A stretch of DNA of 64,000 nt. It comes from Blasia pusilla (lineage: Eukaryota). The DNA lies in NCBI GenBank assembly GCA_050084515.1, contig CM114271.1, positions 49,538,001 to 49,602,000 on the forward strand, given 5' to 3'. The stretch's first letter is position 1. The number at the start of each line of letters is the position of its first letter. Shown here one piece after another: positions 1 through 14,310 of the stretch. The translations under genes and the position numbers were made by a program. Below the pieces are notes generated by a model. It was not told the origin of the DNA. It searched no databases and saw only the letters and a list, made by a program, of their open reading frames with translations.

Positions 1-662
1 GATGTGTATGCGTACGACAATTGTCACGACTGTTAGGATGGATCGGTGGGATCTAGCTGAGCGTCTGCATGAGTAGCGGAGGACACGCCTAGGAGGTCAA
101 GGATGACCTGTTGAGGCCCTGAGAAACCTGAGAGAGCAGGTTTCCCCTTCGTTTCGGCTCATTTGGAGCCATATAGAGAAATTTTCAATTTCATGTAAGT
201 TTATATATTAGGAATAGTTGACTTTCCACTTTGGGAAGTGACCCTTGACCCGCTACAGCAGGTCAAGAGCCAAGGATGTGACCAACGAGCATAGGTTACG
301 GTTGAGAGGGCTTGGGAGAGGGAAGGGGATATACCTCAAGGAGAGAGAGCTTGAGAGCTCATTCTCTCTTTGTTGAACCTCTTGGCATAAGGCGGCGGAG
401 CTATGGTCCCTTGCCTTGTGAGTGTAACCCAAGTCTATCATTAGGAGAGTGGGTTTGGTTTGACATGAGAGAGAGTGCACACCTTTGAGAGCTATGGTGT
501 GAGATGGTGTAGAAAGATATTGGATCTTTCTTTAATTGGAGATATTTTGGTACTTCTTGCCTCTGTGTATGGATGCCATGAGTTAGCATGGAATTGTGTG
601 TGTTTGTCTGTGTGTTTGATCACAGCAATGTATGTTGTGTAGTGATGTGTATGCGCACGACA
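1..662 (+). mobile_element. 3' terminal repeat block (end of B1, AT spacer, A2, B2) of a Ty3/Gypsy element nested in the pol of the next element
   Basis: ...GCGTACGACA(19)-AT-TGTCACG(22)...GCGCACGACA(662). Homologous along its length to 3536-4302. Sequence immediately after 662 reads QIHQFRRNYRSCFSFSMHDLG, the pre-RT pol of the host element. Confidence 0.8.
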
Positions 663-3360
663 CCAGATACATCAATTCCGTAGGAATTATAGGAGTTGTT
701 TTTCATTTAGCATGCATGATTTGGGTATGCTAAAGGGCACAAGGATCCATATTGAGTTGTCTAGCGACACGTTGATCTTCCGACGACCTTACAGGTACAA
801 TGATATGGAGAGGGCTCTGATTCAGAGTAAGAGCCAAGACTTGATTGGAGCAAGATTAGTGGAGATGTCACATGGAGAGTATGCATCTACCATTGTCATA
901 CCCGCCGAGAAGGATGTGCATGGCAACTGGACAGATACGTGGATGTGTGGAGACTACCAACCAATCAATCGGCAAACAAAGTCTGATAGGTATGTTATGT
1001 CCACTCCTGAGGAGATTTTTGATGCTATTGGGCATGCAAAGGTCTTTAGTTCATTGGATCTTTGAGCCAGAGACCATCAACTGCCTAGCAGATTGGAGGA
1101 CATGCAAAAGACGGCACTTTGGGCATTGATCCTCACAGGAAGGATTGCTTGTACCAGTGGCGTTTCTTACCATTTGTGTTAAAAAACGCTCTAGCTGAGT
1201 TTGAGAGGGTCATGGATAGGATCTTGGCGGATCTAGATTTTGCAAGGTGTTAAATTGATGACATTGTAGTCTTTAGCGCCGCGGTTAAGGAACATAAGTG
1301 TGGCGCTTGAGAAGCATGAGCGACATCTAGAAGAGGTGTTTTGACGATTGCAGTTACATGGGTCGAAGCTACATCCAGGCAAGTGTAAGTTCTTCTACTA
1401 CCAGATTTAGTACCTTGATCATATGATATACCGAGATGGCCTTGGTGTGCAGTAGACCAAGGTAAAGGCTATTTCATGAATTCCATGCCCTACAGATGTG
1501 AGTCGAGTTCGTACATTCATGGGATTGCCAAAATTCTATCAACCATACATCAAGGGTTTCAATTCAATTGCAAAGCCTCTAATCTTGTTGACCAAGGTGG
1601 ATGACAAGTGGCAGTGGGGGGATGAGCAGGAGAGAGCATTTCAACTACTCAAGGACAAGTTGACGTCCGCATCCATATTGAGGATCAATCAGGGGACGTC
1701 TTTTGCAGTTGCACATAAATTGGAGCATTTTGGGGCTTGCAGCGGTGCTCACCCACCATGACGATGATGATAGAGAGGTCGTGGTGGCTTACGCTAATCG
1801 ATTGAACAACATTGCACAGGCAAAGTATAGCTTGTATGCAGGTAAGTGCTTGGCTACAGTATGGGCTGTTGCGCATTTCAGGTGTTATTTATTCGACATA
1901 TGGCCAAGATATTCACGAGGATGGAGTAGTCTTGGAGTATGTGTGTATTGGCAGCGTCGCAAGCACAGCGGGTGCTAGAAAGTAGGATCGAATCTTAGAG
2001 CGAGCCAGACGGTTCCGGTGAGAGGGAACACAAGTGTTGCGAGTTTGGAAGGATGGTAGAGTACGTATAGTGCCTCATCCTTCATAGAGAGCACGGTTGG
2101 TGTGGCATGCCCACAAGGAGTTGGATCATTTTGGAGTGAAGTGGACGTACAGCTTGCTCCAGATACAGTATTGGTGGTGAGGCATGTAGATTGATCGATG
2201 TTCAACACATTGTTGTCCATGGTGTGTGATTAGGTCCGAGCATCGTTTAATGCTTCAACTCCAAAATTTCATCCACTTCTGATCATGGTTTTAGGTTATG
2301 GATGGAGTTTGGATTTTGCATGACCTTTACTTTTTATGGAGCGCCATAGTTGTTATGTGTTGGTGTTGGTCGAACACTTTTCGCAGTGGATAGAGTTGGT
2401 TGCTTTGTCTGACAAAGCAAATGAGAGAGTAGTATATGCATTCCTAGATAGAGTGTTAATTTTTTATGGCACATCAACTGAGGTGTTGACAGACCAAGGT
2501 ACGGAGTTTTGCGGGGAGTTTCAGGCCTTAAGTGATCAGGTGTTGATCAACCATCGCACCACTTGGCGAGATTTTCTTGAGCCGGATGGACTAGAAAAGA
2601 GGGTTGTGTAGACAATGAAGACTCGAAGAGAGGTTTACGCAAGTATGGATTGCAGAGAGGTCACCTAGAAGATTGGGACCTTCAGTTGTCATGGTTGGCG
2701 ATGGGATATAGATTCAACACGAAAGCCTCCCTAGCCTCTTTCTCACGGATTGTTGCTTTATGGCTGAGAGCCATATTTTCCTACTGCCATTTGTGGAGAT
2801 GTTGGTGAGGTGTTGAACCTTGATGGCCTTTATGTATGGATGCAAGTATTTTCTTAGAGGGATGAGTTGTTTCCGAGAGTGATGCCCATAGCGTCTGAGA
2901 ACTTGGCGATTGCACAACATCGGGATACGTTGAGGTATGTGACTATTCGGGAAAGGTGATTATCAACCTACTATCTGGAGGTTTCACTAGCTTGGGAGAC
3001 TATTTCTACTTGCAGCAGACGACACCCACGACGTGGGATATTACTACGAGGTGCACCATCTTGAGAGTGCATGAGGTTTTTCCGTCTAGTATTTTCTTAT
3101 TAGAGGGACGCGATGGTATGGTTTGGAAGGACCATGTGCGTAACTGTGCGCCATTTCACCTTCCTAACATTGGCAATATAGTTGATCTGAGCTTAGTAGT
3201 AGTTCCTACATGCTTGCGATATATATTGTGTGGTTCCGCCGGTGGTGCAACCACTATACTAGTATGTGATGGATGTTCAAGATGATGGCATATGGCATGT
3301 ATGATACCACCTCTCACTAGGGTTCTTGGGAGATGATGGATGTGCCCTAGATGTACCTAG
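663..3360 (+). pseudogene. Ty3/Gypsy pol pseudogene (RT, RNase H, integrase, C-terminal PHD finger)
   Basis: ORFs 712-1065, 1498-1761, 1703-1978, 2336-2611 and 2956-3285, broken by stops and frameshifts. Confidence 0.9.
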
Positions 3361-4302
3361 GTAGTTATAGATTCCGACTTGTGTCTGTGACATGGATGAA
3401 AAGAAGGCGACTAACGATGGGGCCATATGAGCACCTCGATATTTTGCTTAGCGTCTTAGAGATGTATGTCATGGTAGGTAGGGATTGATGGTTGTCCGGA
3501 GTTAGAGGGACCTAATCACCAACTACGGGAGCAATTGGAGATATTTTGGTACTTCTCGTCTCGTTGTGCGGATTTCATGAGTTAGCATGGGATCGTGTGT
3601 GTTTTTATGTGCATTCGATGACACTGATGTATGTTGTGTAATGATGTGTATGTGCACAATAATTGTCATGTATTTTAGGATAGATCGACGAGATCTAGTA
3701 AAGAGTATTCGCAAGTAGTGAAGGATAGCCTCAAGAGGTCGAGGACGACTTGCTAAGGCCACGTGTAACCTGAGAGAGCAGGTTTTCCCTTTGTTTCAAC
3801 TCATTTGGAGCCATATATAGAGACTCACTATTTTGGGTAAGTTTCCATCTTGAGTATAGTTGACTTTACACTTTTGGAAGTGACCCTTGACCCGCTACAG
3901 TAGGTCAAGAGGCAAGGAGGTGACCTACGAGCATAGGTTACTGTGGAGAAAGCTTGGGAGAGGGAAGGGGGTATATCTCCAAGAGATAGAGCTTGAGATC
4001 TCATTTTCTCTTTGTTGAACTCTTGGCATGAGGCAGCACTCCAATGATCCTCCTTGCCTTGTGTGTATAACCCAAGCCTCTCATTAGGAGAGTGGGTTTG
4101 GTTTAACATGAGAGAGAAAGAGAGAGAGTTGTGCATATTTGTGAGACCTTGTGATGGAGAGATCCACTTGATTTATTGGAGATATTTTGGTAGTTCTCAT
4201 CTCGATGTCTATATGCCATGAGTTAGCATGGGATTATGCGTGTTTGTATGTATTTTTGGTGACAACAATGTATGTTGTGTAGCAATGTGTATGCGTACGA
4301 CA
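663..4302 (+). mobile_element. Degenerate Ty3/Gypsy element, 3' part (RT-RNaseH-integrase-PHD plus B1-A2-B2 repeats)
   Basis: RT fragments (RRPYRY, MCGDYQPIN, FSSLDL, C*IDDI), RNase H, integrase (VEHFSQWIE, LTDQGTEF) and PHD remnant. Collinear with the element at 28636-38376. B1 ~3536-3661, A2 from 3664, B2 ends 4302. Confidence 0.9.
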
Positions 4303-6900
4303 GCAATAAGTACGAGACAACTAAATTATTGTCAAGTCTTGGACTGAATCAAAGTTCCATTTATGCTTGCCTTGATGGCCACGTGCTCTTTAGAGGAGAG
4401 CATGCAAATCGATCGAGTTGACTAGTATGTGGACAACAAAGGTATAGAAATGCGGGCAAGTCCATCCAGCCTACAAAGGAACTGCGCCATTTTGAAATCA
4501 TTCCTACGTTGAAATGGATATGTAGGAGCCCAACGATTTCAAAGTTGATGACTTAGATAGCCAAGAACAAGAGTACAGATGGCATGCAATGGCATGCAAC
4601 GGCACATTGGAGATTCATCGACCAAAGATGGCCAAAGTTTGCAAGTGAGACAAGGAACGTGCAAGTTGGCCTCTCAATTCATGGGGTGAATCCATTCGGA
4701 CACAAGAACAACGTATATTCTTGTTGGCCTATAACCTTGCTCAATTATAACCTCCCTCTGTGGTTAGCTACAAAGAGGTTTTTTTCTTATTGGTTTTGCT
4801 TATTGTGGGCCCACAATCTGCTCTTTCTAGCAATATAGTCGTTTGGATAGCTCCTGTTGTGGATGAGTTGAAGTGCTTGTGATACAAGGGCGTTTGGATC
4901 TATGATGTATTGCAACGAGTCGGTAGACTAAACCCATTCAGACTACAAGCCCAATTGGTATTGACTTTGGGAGATTATCCAACCCAGGGCATGATTTCAT
5001 GTCAGACCGCAAAGGGGTATTCGACTTGTACTGCATGTGGCCCCAATTTTACTAGTGAGCATTCCGGACCTCTGAAGAGCATAAAATACCTTGGACATCG
5101 GTGTTTCCTCCGACTAGATCACCCTTACATACATAGGGCATCACAAATAGTTCAATTCAACAACGCAAGAGAGCTTCGTAGTTCACCTCCAGGAGTCAGT
5201 AAAGAGGAGATTCTGGATTGGGGACACTAGAAGACCATGTACGACATGGAAAGAGGCACGGGTGAGGATTACCAACATGGAGTTGAAGGCCAAGATATGG
5301 AAGCTCCAAATGCTCAATCGGATCCGGGCTTGAGATATGGTGTGAAATGACATAGCATATTTGATGTGGAGTTGGACTACTGGCGGATAATCTAAGTCAC
5401 CCATCCACTCATAAGCATAGTCTATTCTTCTGAACACCATATGCTTACAAGAATTGAAGCTAGTGGTTTATCATCCATGCATTCTCATGATTCTCATATG
5501 TGGTGCAACAAGAATTGGACCCTAGCAAACACAATCTAGACATAATGCACATTGAGAAAAATGTATGTGAGAACCTATTGAGGTTCCTTTCTGGGGAGAA
5601 AGACATAGCAACAGTGCGATTGGATTTCCAATAGAGGAGAATACGATCTCAATTGTGGTTGAAGGATGATCACTACATACCAAATGTGGTATTGAAATAC
5701 CAGGCACCTTATGTTTGCACAAATACAAAGTGGAAAATGTTTCTTTCTAAGCTTCATTCTTTGAAAGTTCTGACCGACTATGCATGTACCCTCAAAAAGT
5801 ATGTAAGAAACAAGAAACTTGGTAGTATGAAGACACACGATGAGCATGTGCTTATGCAATAGATTCTGCTTGTATGCCTAAGGGGATTTATGTAGAAGCC
5901 AGTTTGCAATGCAATCATGCGATTGTGCAAGGTGTTTGGTCGTATATGTGTGAAATTTTGGGATTCTGAAGGCTTGGACAAGCTTAAAGATGATGTGGCA
6001 TAATTGTTGTGCGATTTGGAGATCCATTTTCCTCCCACTTTCTTTGATGTGATGAATCATCTCATTATCCATGTTGTGGAAGAGCTTGGAGAGTATGGGC
6101 TTTTTTATACTAGGTGGATATTCCCACTGGAGCATTTTATGAAAGTCTTGAAAGACCAGGTTCTAACAAGATACATGCTTGAGGTCAGCATGCAATATGT
6201 TACATTTCTCATGAAAATTTGGATATTTGACAAATTATTTGGCGGGATTTGAACATGTGAAGGCCAGGATATGGCAAGCTGAGGAAGATGAAGGAGTGAT
6301 AAGTGAAGTTCTTTAAGGCAAAGGTTCCCCATTGCAATTCTCAAGACATATTTAATTTGGCAGATGGCTCATGAATATTTGTTGCAAAACACTAGTATAA
6401 TGCAACCATGGTGGTGGTGAGTAAACCTTCCCTCACTCAAGCCTACATGATGTTGCATTTATTTGGGTAATTATCTTGTTTTAATGTCGTTGCTCATCAG
6501 ATCTCGATGAGCTAATCATGGCATGACCTCTATGGAAATATGATATGGAGAAAAGTGCACATATTGAGGACGGTGTTGGGGGCTTTCCATCATTCACATA
6601 ATGGATTCAAGGGGCAATCCGAGAGCATTTTGTACTACACCCAAATAAGTACCGGGATGTCTACCTTACTTCATTGTAGGTCCGACCTTACTAGCAAAGT
6701 GACGGTTTCTTACTAGCAAACTTAGGCAAATGAAGCCTAAGTGGTCTGAACCTTTTGTATTCCCTAGTCAAGTTGAACATGCCTTCTTCCTAGATGTAGA
6801 GGATTCGCCCAGATGGCGTCTAGTGTGCCACAAGCAGACGAGGAATTGTAGGGTATCAAGAAATACATTGGAGTTCAGTTTAGATGGCCATGGGGCTTTC
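4303..6900 (+). pseudogene. CACTA/En-Spm Tnp2-type transposase pseudogene, interrupted upstream by the Gypsy element
   Basis: IYACLDGHVLFRGEHA, WRFIDQRWPKFASETRNVQVGLS..GVNPFG..YSCWPITLLNYNLP (Transposase_21-like), LDIMHIEKN, LEIHFPPTFFDVMNHLIIH (DUF4218-like), EPFVFPSQVEHAFF (DUF4216-like). Confidence 0.88.
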
Positions 6901-8089
6901 GAAGCTCCTAGTAGAACACTTCAACCTGTCATAGCTGTCAGTAGTCAATACGTACCATTGAGATTGCAGAGGAACTTAATGATGCCATGGGTTCATAAAG
7001 AAATGTTTGTTTGGTGTGTTTTGTCATTGGGCATGGGTTCATGGGACCTGCATGTTGTTTGTTGTGTGTAACGCATCAAATATGGTATTTTTGTCGAATA
7101 CGATGGAAAATGTGAATGAAATGTGTGACCTTGTGGAGGTATGCGCCGCTTATGTGGATAGACGCCTTAAGGAATTTGCGGAAGAACTGAAATAGAGGGG
7201 TGTTGAATTGTACAGTTTGACATATTGAGCATTCACGTTTGGTAGTTTATGAATGAATCAGAAGCATTGTGCTTAATTCATTTTCTTTAAAAACTTGTCC
7301 TCATGTGCAGGGCGGAGGCTTGGCAAGTTCGTACTCCATCTCTTGCGAAGAGAGCAAGGTTGCATATAGATAAAGTTCGTGTCTGTGGACTTATGTCCGT
7401 CCAATGGAAGGACTTGTCTGTATGGGCCCCACCTTCCCCTTCTTTTTCATTCCCCTTACTTGCCTTCGTGTTCCATACTCCACCATTTCTTTCTCCCTCC
7501 ACCTCCACTCCCTCCTCTCTCATTGCTCCTCTCATCCTTGCCTTGCCTTCCATTATGGACTAAAATTATGGGTCCCATCTCTAGGAACCCATATCCGTGG
7601 ACATGTCCAAAAAATTTCGTTGTCATGTCGAGAGTCTTTCTTCAAGTAAGGGAAGGCCTTCTAGCTGCGGCAGACGTGGTTGATGCAAGGTGAACTCTCT
7701 AAGAAGTTCTCCTTTTCCAATAAAAAACTATTATGTATACTCTCCATTCTCTCACAAGAGGTATCAAAAATGGAAGTGTCGAGGCGATCACTTCTTCGTA
7801 ACATCGGACCCCAAAATTCTTAACTATAAAATCCCTATAAATTACTTTACGCTTGTACACGAGGAAGATAGCACAACTAGTGTTAAACCCTACTTGAGCA
7901 AGCCTATTGACGTCCATGGATCACTATATAAGGATATACAAAGTACAATCCCATATCCTTCCATATGTGACGATAGGAAAAATCACCGGAGTTGGAGATT
8001 GCATGACCTCGTTCATGAACGCCTCCCCAAAATGATAAACTAAATAGCAAGTGAACCAGTGTCTATCTACAAAGAGTATCTTGATATGG

Positions 8090-8847
8090 TAAGGATTGAG
8101 GAAAGGAAAGTCGGGCATAACTCGAGCTCCACCCCTATCCATGCTTGACAGACATTCTCTATTCTCCTCAAGAATGGGCTTTGGCGGAATTATTCTCCCA
8201 AGAGGGTTAATCTACTCTCATTGGGAAAATAACAAGCCAAAACATTCACTATTTTAGTATGAATAAACTCCTCTAAGGTGACTAGCCTCTCATCTCCACA
8301 TACACCACACTCTAGAAACCTCTCGAAGAATAGATCATGGTCAAGTTACTCTACCAAGAGGGGATGATCCACTGTCATTGGAAGAACAAGCAATCCCAAA
8401 GCCATGCACTCAAGAGTGACACGAGAGACTCAAGATGTGGAATAGAAGGTGATGAATCCTTGAAGGTCCCTCCTCTTTATATACTCACAAGGGATCCACA
8501 AGAGTACGAAATAGAGCTAATCTTATTTTGTGCCACATGGCTTCCTCTCAAGGCTTAGCCAATTACATTTTGACACAAGTAGATTTCTTCTTATCTCTTC
8601 CAAAATATCTTCTTTTACCCACTTGATATTTTCCAAATTACCCCAACTAACCTAGCCACCAACCAAGATACTCTTGCTTTTCATTAAAGCATCAACCTCA
8701 CTACTTTACTTTTATTAAGTCATATTTTATTTATTATCTCTTTTCCTAAAGTTGGGCTCGCATAAAAGAGGCACCATAAAGATTTAAACATGGGAATTTT
8801 CTTTTCCTAAGCTAATTTATTTAATAGTAATAAAACTCTATCCAACA
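8090..8847 (-). mobile_element. Possible solo-LTR-like insertion inside the CACTA element
   Basis: Non-coding block ending CTCTATCCAACA (TGTTGG start on - strand) with a TATA-like motif. Left end and TSD not resolved. Confidence 0.3.
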
Positions 8848-9239
8848 ATTAATGAGAAAGGAGTTTACACACTGGCTGATTTTACTATACGACACCGTTT
8901 TTGTGCAACCATGCAAGAGAGACACTCTCCATTGTGGACCGAACAGCACGAGCTCTCGATTGCTTGGAAAGATATTGCAATCGATGGCAAAATCTGCTAA
9001 CGATATTGGTGCTCATACCGGAGGTGAGGAGTCTCCAACTTGTAATCCAGACTTTGTTGCAGACTTTGGTAAAGACGATCACTCAGGGTTAGATGAGCTT
9101 GCGGCTCCTAAGAGCTTGTACCATCAACTGTTGGGGGGAGAAGAAGTAGGTAATTTCCATGTTTTAATTGGAGTGAATCAATGTCTACAATTGTGTCCAT
9201 ATGTAGGAGCATTTCAAAGGGACCGTCTCTAATTGGTAG

Positions 9240-11897
9240 TATGCATTGGAATGGCAAAAAAGGACCGTTGAGGGGAAAAGTAATTGGGCAAGGGATGTTG
9301 CATTTGGGTGTGTAAATGATATTCATAGTCATGGAAAACATCAAGTGGGTGTACACTATAGTGGACAAGGACAAGTTGGTATGTCTCAAGATGGTACAGA
9401 TGGACCTTATACATGGAACTCGAAGCCAATTTTATTCCACTGTGGATATTGTCCAACGGGGCGAGGGTGGAATAGTAAGAACCTATCCATTTTCATTCTC
9501 CAATTTCTCTTTTCTTATATTTCATAGGAAGCTGGTGGGAAGGTTTTTTGATGTGTATGTACACTACTTTGACATATATGTCACGTGTAGACCTTGTGTA
9601 GGGTGGATTCTCCAAAAACAACGAGGGAGATCTTCATGCAGTGCGTGCCAAATATTCAAGATCGGTTTGGCACTAGCAATGTCCTTTATGGACTCGATAA
9701 CAGCATTCCAGTCATGTGTGGAAAAAACCAATGGTTCATTGTATTGGCTCAAGGAGTGCAAATGACACATGGTACCGGTAATACCAAGTCACGTTTCGTG
9801 AAGTATCTTCCCTATATGGACAACTTCTTCCTTGTAGATTCAGTCAGATTGTGGAACTTATAAGTGACATCACATCAACGTGGAAGTCTCCTTGTAGGCA
9901 GATAGATTTGCAAAGTGGGATGGATGCTTGACTTAAGTGTATCATGTGTGGAGCAAGATATACGACTCTAGGCTTACGAAAGGCAAGTTTAGGGACATCA
10001 TACACACCAAACTCAGTGATAGAGAGTAGTGTGGTGACAAGGGGATGAAGGTTGGCAAAGTAGGTGTAAACAGGTCTAGTTGGATCACCACAACTTCATA
10101 AGGAAAGAATAGGTGGCAAGCAGATTTCATAGCAGAGGTGTTGCGATGGCTTGACATCTCCATTGTGAATTTTTCAGACCAACACTCTAGTGATTGGAAT
10201 TCAATGTTGAGGGATATTGCGACTAGATGTTAGTATGTTGGAATTGATGGAAATGGATTAGTTGTTCCATGTTTGGAGGAATATGCACAACGATTAGTGC
10301 AGACGGAGAGATTTAGATTAATTTAGACATGAAAGAAGTTGAAGGAGGCAAGAAAGTGGCCCCACCACCTCTTGTAGAACCCAACCAATGGAGGAGATTA
10401 CTAGCCCACTTCATGAGCAAGAGTTTGAGGAAAAAGAGTGAGCAGATATCAAAGGCACGGGCAATGGTGGCCAATCCAAACCCTGTAGGAAGAAAAGGGA
10501 ATGCACCAATTGCAGAGCGTAAATACATCATATAGTTTTGGATTGGGTCGGTGTTTGATAGACTGAACTTGGTTGGTGTAACATGTGTTGTAGAGAAAAG
10601 TGAAGGGGCAAACCCCTACTAAGGCGCAAGCAAGGGTGCAGGTACATGAGGAAGCAAAGAACCAAAGAAATCATGGTACAACTACAATGTCCAAGCAAGT
10701 ATTTTCATCTAGTTGCTATAGAGTTGAAATGACTAGGTGTATTTCCAATACATACCTATTGATATAGACTGAGATCTGAATCTTGTGTTTCAAGCTATAA
10801 GATCATCTGAATGACAGAGATCTCTGCACGATTAAAGTCCATGGAGGAGTTTTTTCGTGAGTTTGTGACTTACAAAATTGATCGCATGGATGTATTCTCC
10901 GCCGCTTGGACGTGGTAGAGGCAAGCATACAAACTGCTTTTTCCAATTAAGAAGAGAATGTCACAAAGTTGATGGAATTTATTTCCACGAGGATATATAG
11001 GGTCCTAGGAAGAGATCTCCAAATCCAAGAGGAAATGAATTCCATTACCCATACACTAAGCCATTGAGTGTATCCTCTCCTCATCCAATCATTGGACAAT
11101 CTTCAAATCCAAATAGTGCGTCCTCTCCAAAGCTAGTCACTATTGTGCCCTCGCCTGCAATTCTTCCACATGTTGCAAAGGATGTTCATACAGTAAGTGG
11201 ACTAGATACTATTTTTGGCATTGCACCAATTGGTCTAAAGAGAAAGGGAGGCACAAAAGAGATTAATGCTACTATCATTGCAGATTAACCAATTTGTTCA
11301 AGTATGTGAATTGAGAGTGATGTTGTGCACTGTACTTTGAAGTTGATGAAGAATCATTATCTATTTCAAAGGGTAGATAATATTTTTGTAATTGTAATTG
11401 TAGAGAACATATATGAAGCCTTAACCATTCCAGGAAAATGGCAAGGTAGGACATCGTAGAGATGCAATTTGGAGGCCACTAAATTTTTAGAGGAGAATGA
11501 GGACAGTCCAGGGATGATGGGGAGTGGTGGAGCAATGGAGCAAGATAATGTGGATCTTTTGCAAAAGCCAATGGTAGTGAGAAAATCAACACTTAGGAAG
11601 AGGACCCGAGAGGCTACCAAGCCAAGGCTCAAATTTGTTGTGTCTCCGTTGCAGTAGTTGATGTCATGTGAGAACCCCTTAGTGGTTGTAGGTTATGGGA
11701 GCTTGCATGATACTTGCTCTACCTTTCACGGACAAGAGATTCTATATGGGCATTGTGTTGTCCATTTGACACAGGTTTGCAAGAAAATTTATGTTTTGCC
11801 ATTTCCAAATGTGGTTGACGATCCACCACAAATTTATGTTGGAGATGCCCTTGATAGTGTAGTTGCTTTGAGTGAGGTCATTCAAATGTACTTGTAA
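9240..11897 (+). pseudogene. Decayed second CACTA ORF (TnpA/Tnp1-like)
   Basis: Fragmented ORFs downstream of Tnp2. 11658-11897 (VVVGYG...HGQEILYGHCVVHL...LPFP...VGDA) resembles the En/Spm Tnp1 C-terminal domain. Followed by short imperfect repeats (CAAATGTACTTGTAAATTC) at ~11880-12080. Confidence 0.55.
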
Positions 11898-12529
11898 ATT
11901 CTAGTCTTAATTTTAAGTTATTCACAAGGCGGTTTTTTTAGATATATAGTCATTCATAGGGGAGTTTTGTATTTCAATTTTGACTGTGGCAATTCAAATG
12001 TACTTGTAAATTCATATCTTAATTTTGAGTCATTCAGAGGGGGATTTTGTACCCCTCTGAATGGAAATTAAAATGTACTTGGGCCTTATTTGAAGTCTAT
12101 GTTTTTCATAGAAAAACAAGCACTTCTGAGTGAAAACTGATCATATGCTACAATAGATGTGGGTTGGTACAAATATAATGTGTATGTATGATTTCACATG
12201 ATGTTGGTAGCATTAGGACTGGAATTATAGCAAAATGGCTTCTACATGTTTGCAGGATGTAAGAGAAGTGTTGATAAGAGGGTATGTAGGAGAAGGCAAC
12301 CATCAAGTCTACCTAGATTCATATTTATTGGTAGTCATGGATACAAAATGGACTTAAATGCCAATATACTGTACATGATTTTATTAGCAATAAAGCAACC
12401 CTGTCAAACATAAATGATTGGCTATAGTTGATTATGTTACTTGCAGATATGTTTTGCATATTGTCATCAGTTATATGATAGGATTGTAGAATGACATGGA
12501 CAAATCATTTTATTGACTCACAGTCATTC

Positions 12530-13377
12530 TTTTGATAGTCTAGACTCTAAAACGGAATTAGCGCTCCTAGAGGTCCCAATTGCCCAATGCACCTCGAACG
12601 AGTTTCAAGTCGGACCCAATATCTAAGTCATAGGTCAAGGTCCAAGGTTTATATCCATAATTAATCCCCTTGGACTTCGCTTAGTGTCTACACCTCAAAG
12701 CCAACCTCTCGATCCATCTTGTACCTTTGGTTCACCCCCACGGTTCTCCAAGGTGGGTTTGGATCCAAAGCTCCCTTGGAGAACCTTCCCCTTATATATA
12801 CTTCTAGAGATCTCCATCCCTCCCTACCTTTGGGAAAGTCCTCTTAGACCAATTCTTCTGGCCCTCAATCCAACTATCATTTTGATAGTTTAAGGGTGAT
12901 TTCTCAATCTCTACGCATGCGTTTTTCTGGATCCTTAGTGCGTTGAAATTTTCTTCTCCTAATCTTTCCAACGCCACCTTATTTATCTCAAACATATCTT
13001 GGGTCTAGCCATCATGACTTCAAACGCAAAGAACCCCAAACCTTTAGTTAAGCTCCAATTCCCTTGGCGTCCAACTCTTATGGGACTTAAGCATCTATCA
13101 AGTCTTGCTTGGTGTTTGGTATTGTTCTACTGGGTCATGACCAGCATCACTTGAGACGCCTAAAAAGACTCGCGTCTCGCTTACAACTCATGTCTCATTT
13201 TAGAGACTCTGACGCGTTTCCCTCCAAGTGTGAGCTCACTAGAGTTCTGACGTTCCGCATCATCGCACGTTTGGCTACGAGGATCGGGGAAATCACTTAC
13301 ATCGCAAGGGTGAGATTTTGACACTTCCCGTCTCCCTTCTCAAGCTTTGCGAGCCACACTCCATAGGATGGATTACA
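12530..13377 (+). mobile_element. Solo-LTR-like repeat, with an inverted copy at ~45150-45900
   Basis: Shares blocks such as GGTCAAGGTCCAAGG, CTCCCTACCTTTGGGAAAGTCCTCTT and CCAACCTCTC with the reverse complement of 45600-45870. Has a TATA-like motif and ends ...TTACA. Confidence 0.6.
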
Positions 13378-14310
13378 AATGTGGTGACTTGGTCTACAAA
13401 TTATAATGTGATTGAAGGAGATTGGGACTTGAAATCGGTGGCACTCCATGAGCATCTACAAAAGCAATTTCTTACCATTCTTTGGAGCAACCCAAATACA
13501 AAAAATGACTATCATCAACTTCATATTAATCCCATACTTGTATATTATGAATAAGACTACCTACTTGTGGGGATCTCCAGTTTCTTGCCTCATTGTACGG
13601 CACGGAATTAGGTCTCATAGACTAGGCATCGAAAAAGGACGTTGATTTAACATTAATAGAAATGCACGAATTTGTTTGTTATCTAACGTAGGAAATATCG
13701 AAGATGAAGAACACATATTTGATAGGAAAAAATTAGACTAGCTCATAAAATTAATTTGGGGAAATTCAATTCTTTATCATAGTTAATGCCTTATGTTATT
13801 ATTTAAGAATATTATTTTTCATAGCTAGAATGCTCTGCACATTAACTAGGATTCGGCTTTTCCTCATTTGATATTTTACTTATAATGAACTTTTTAGCCT
13901 TTTGACACGTGAATCTCATGGGCTTGATCTATTTAAGAATTATTTATCATCGGCCGCTTTAAGATTACATCAAAACATGAATTAGATGAAGTGCCGGTAA
14001 GTAATTAACACATGAAAACCTACAAATGAGAATCGCGGATTCTTAATACAACTTCTAAGAGGAAGAGTGTGTTGCATGTTGTTTGGTTCCATCGCATTGC
14101 ATGATATTAAACATTGGCATACTATTCCATAATGTTGTGCCCCCCATGTACCACAATTGTCTACCATAGCATGGTTCTATGAATCAATGTAGGGCCTCTA
14201 AGGCGGGTGGAGAAGAAAGTAACTAACATATACATATGACGCATGGATAATCTAGATGATCAGGAAAAAAAAATTTGTACAAGCCATAATTATAAAATCA
14301 CCAAAATACA

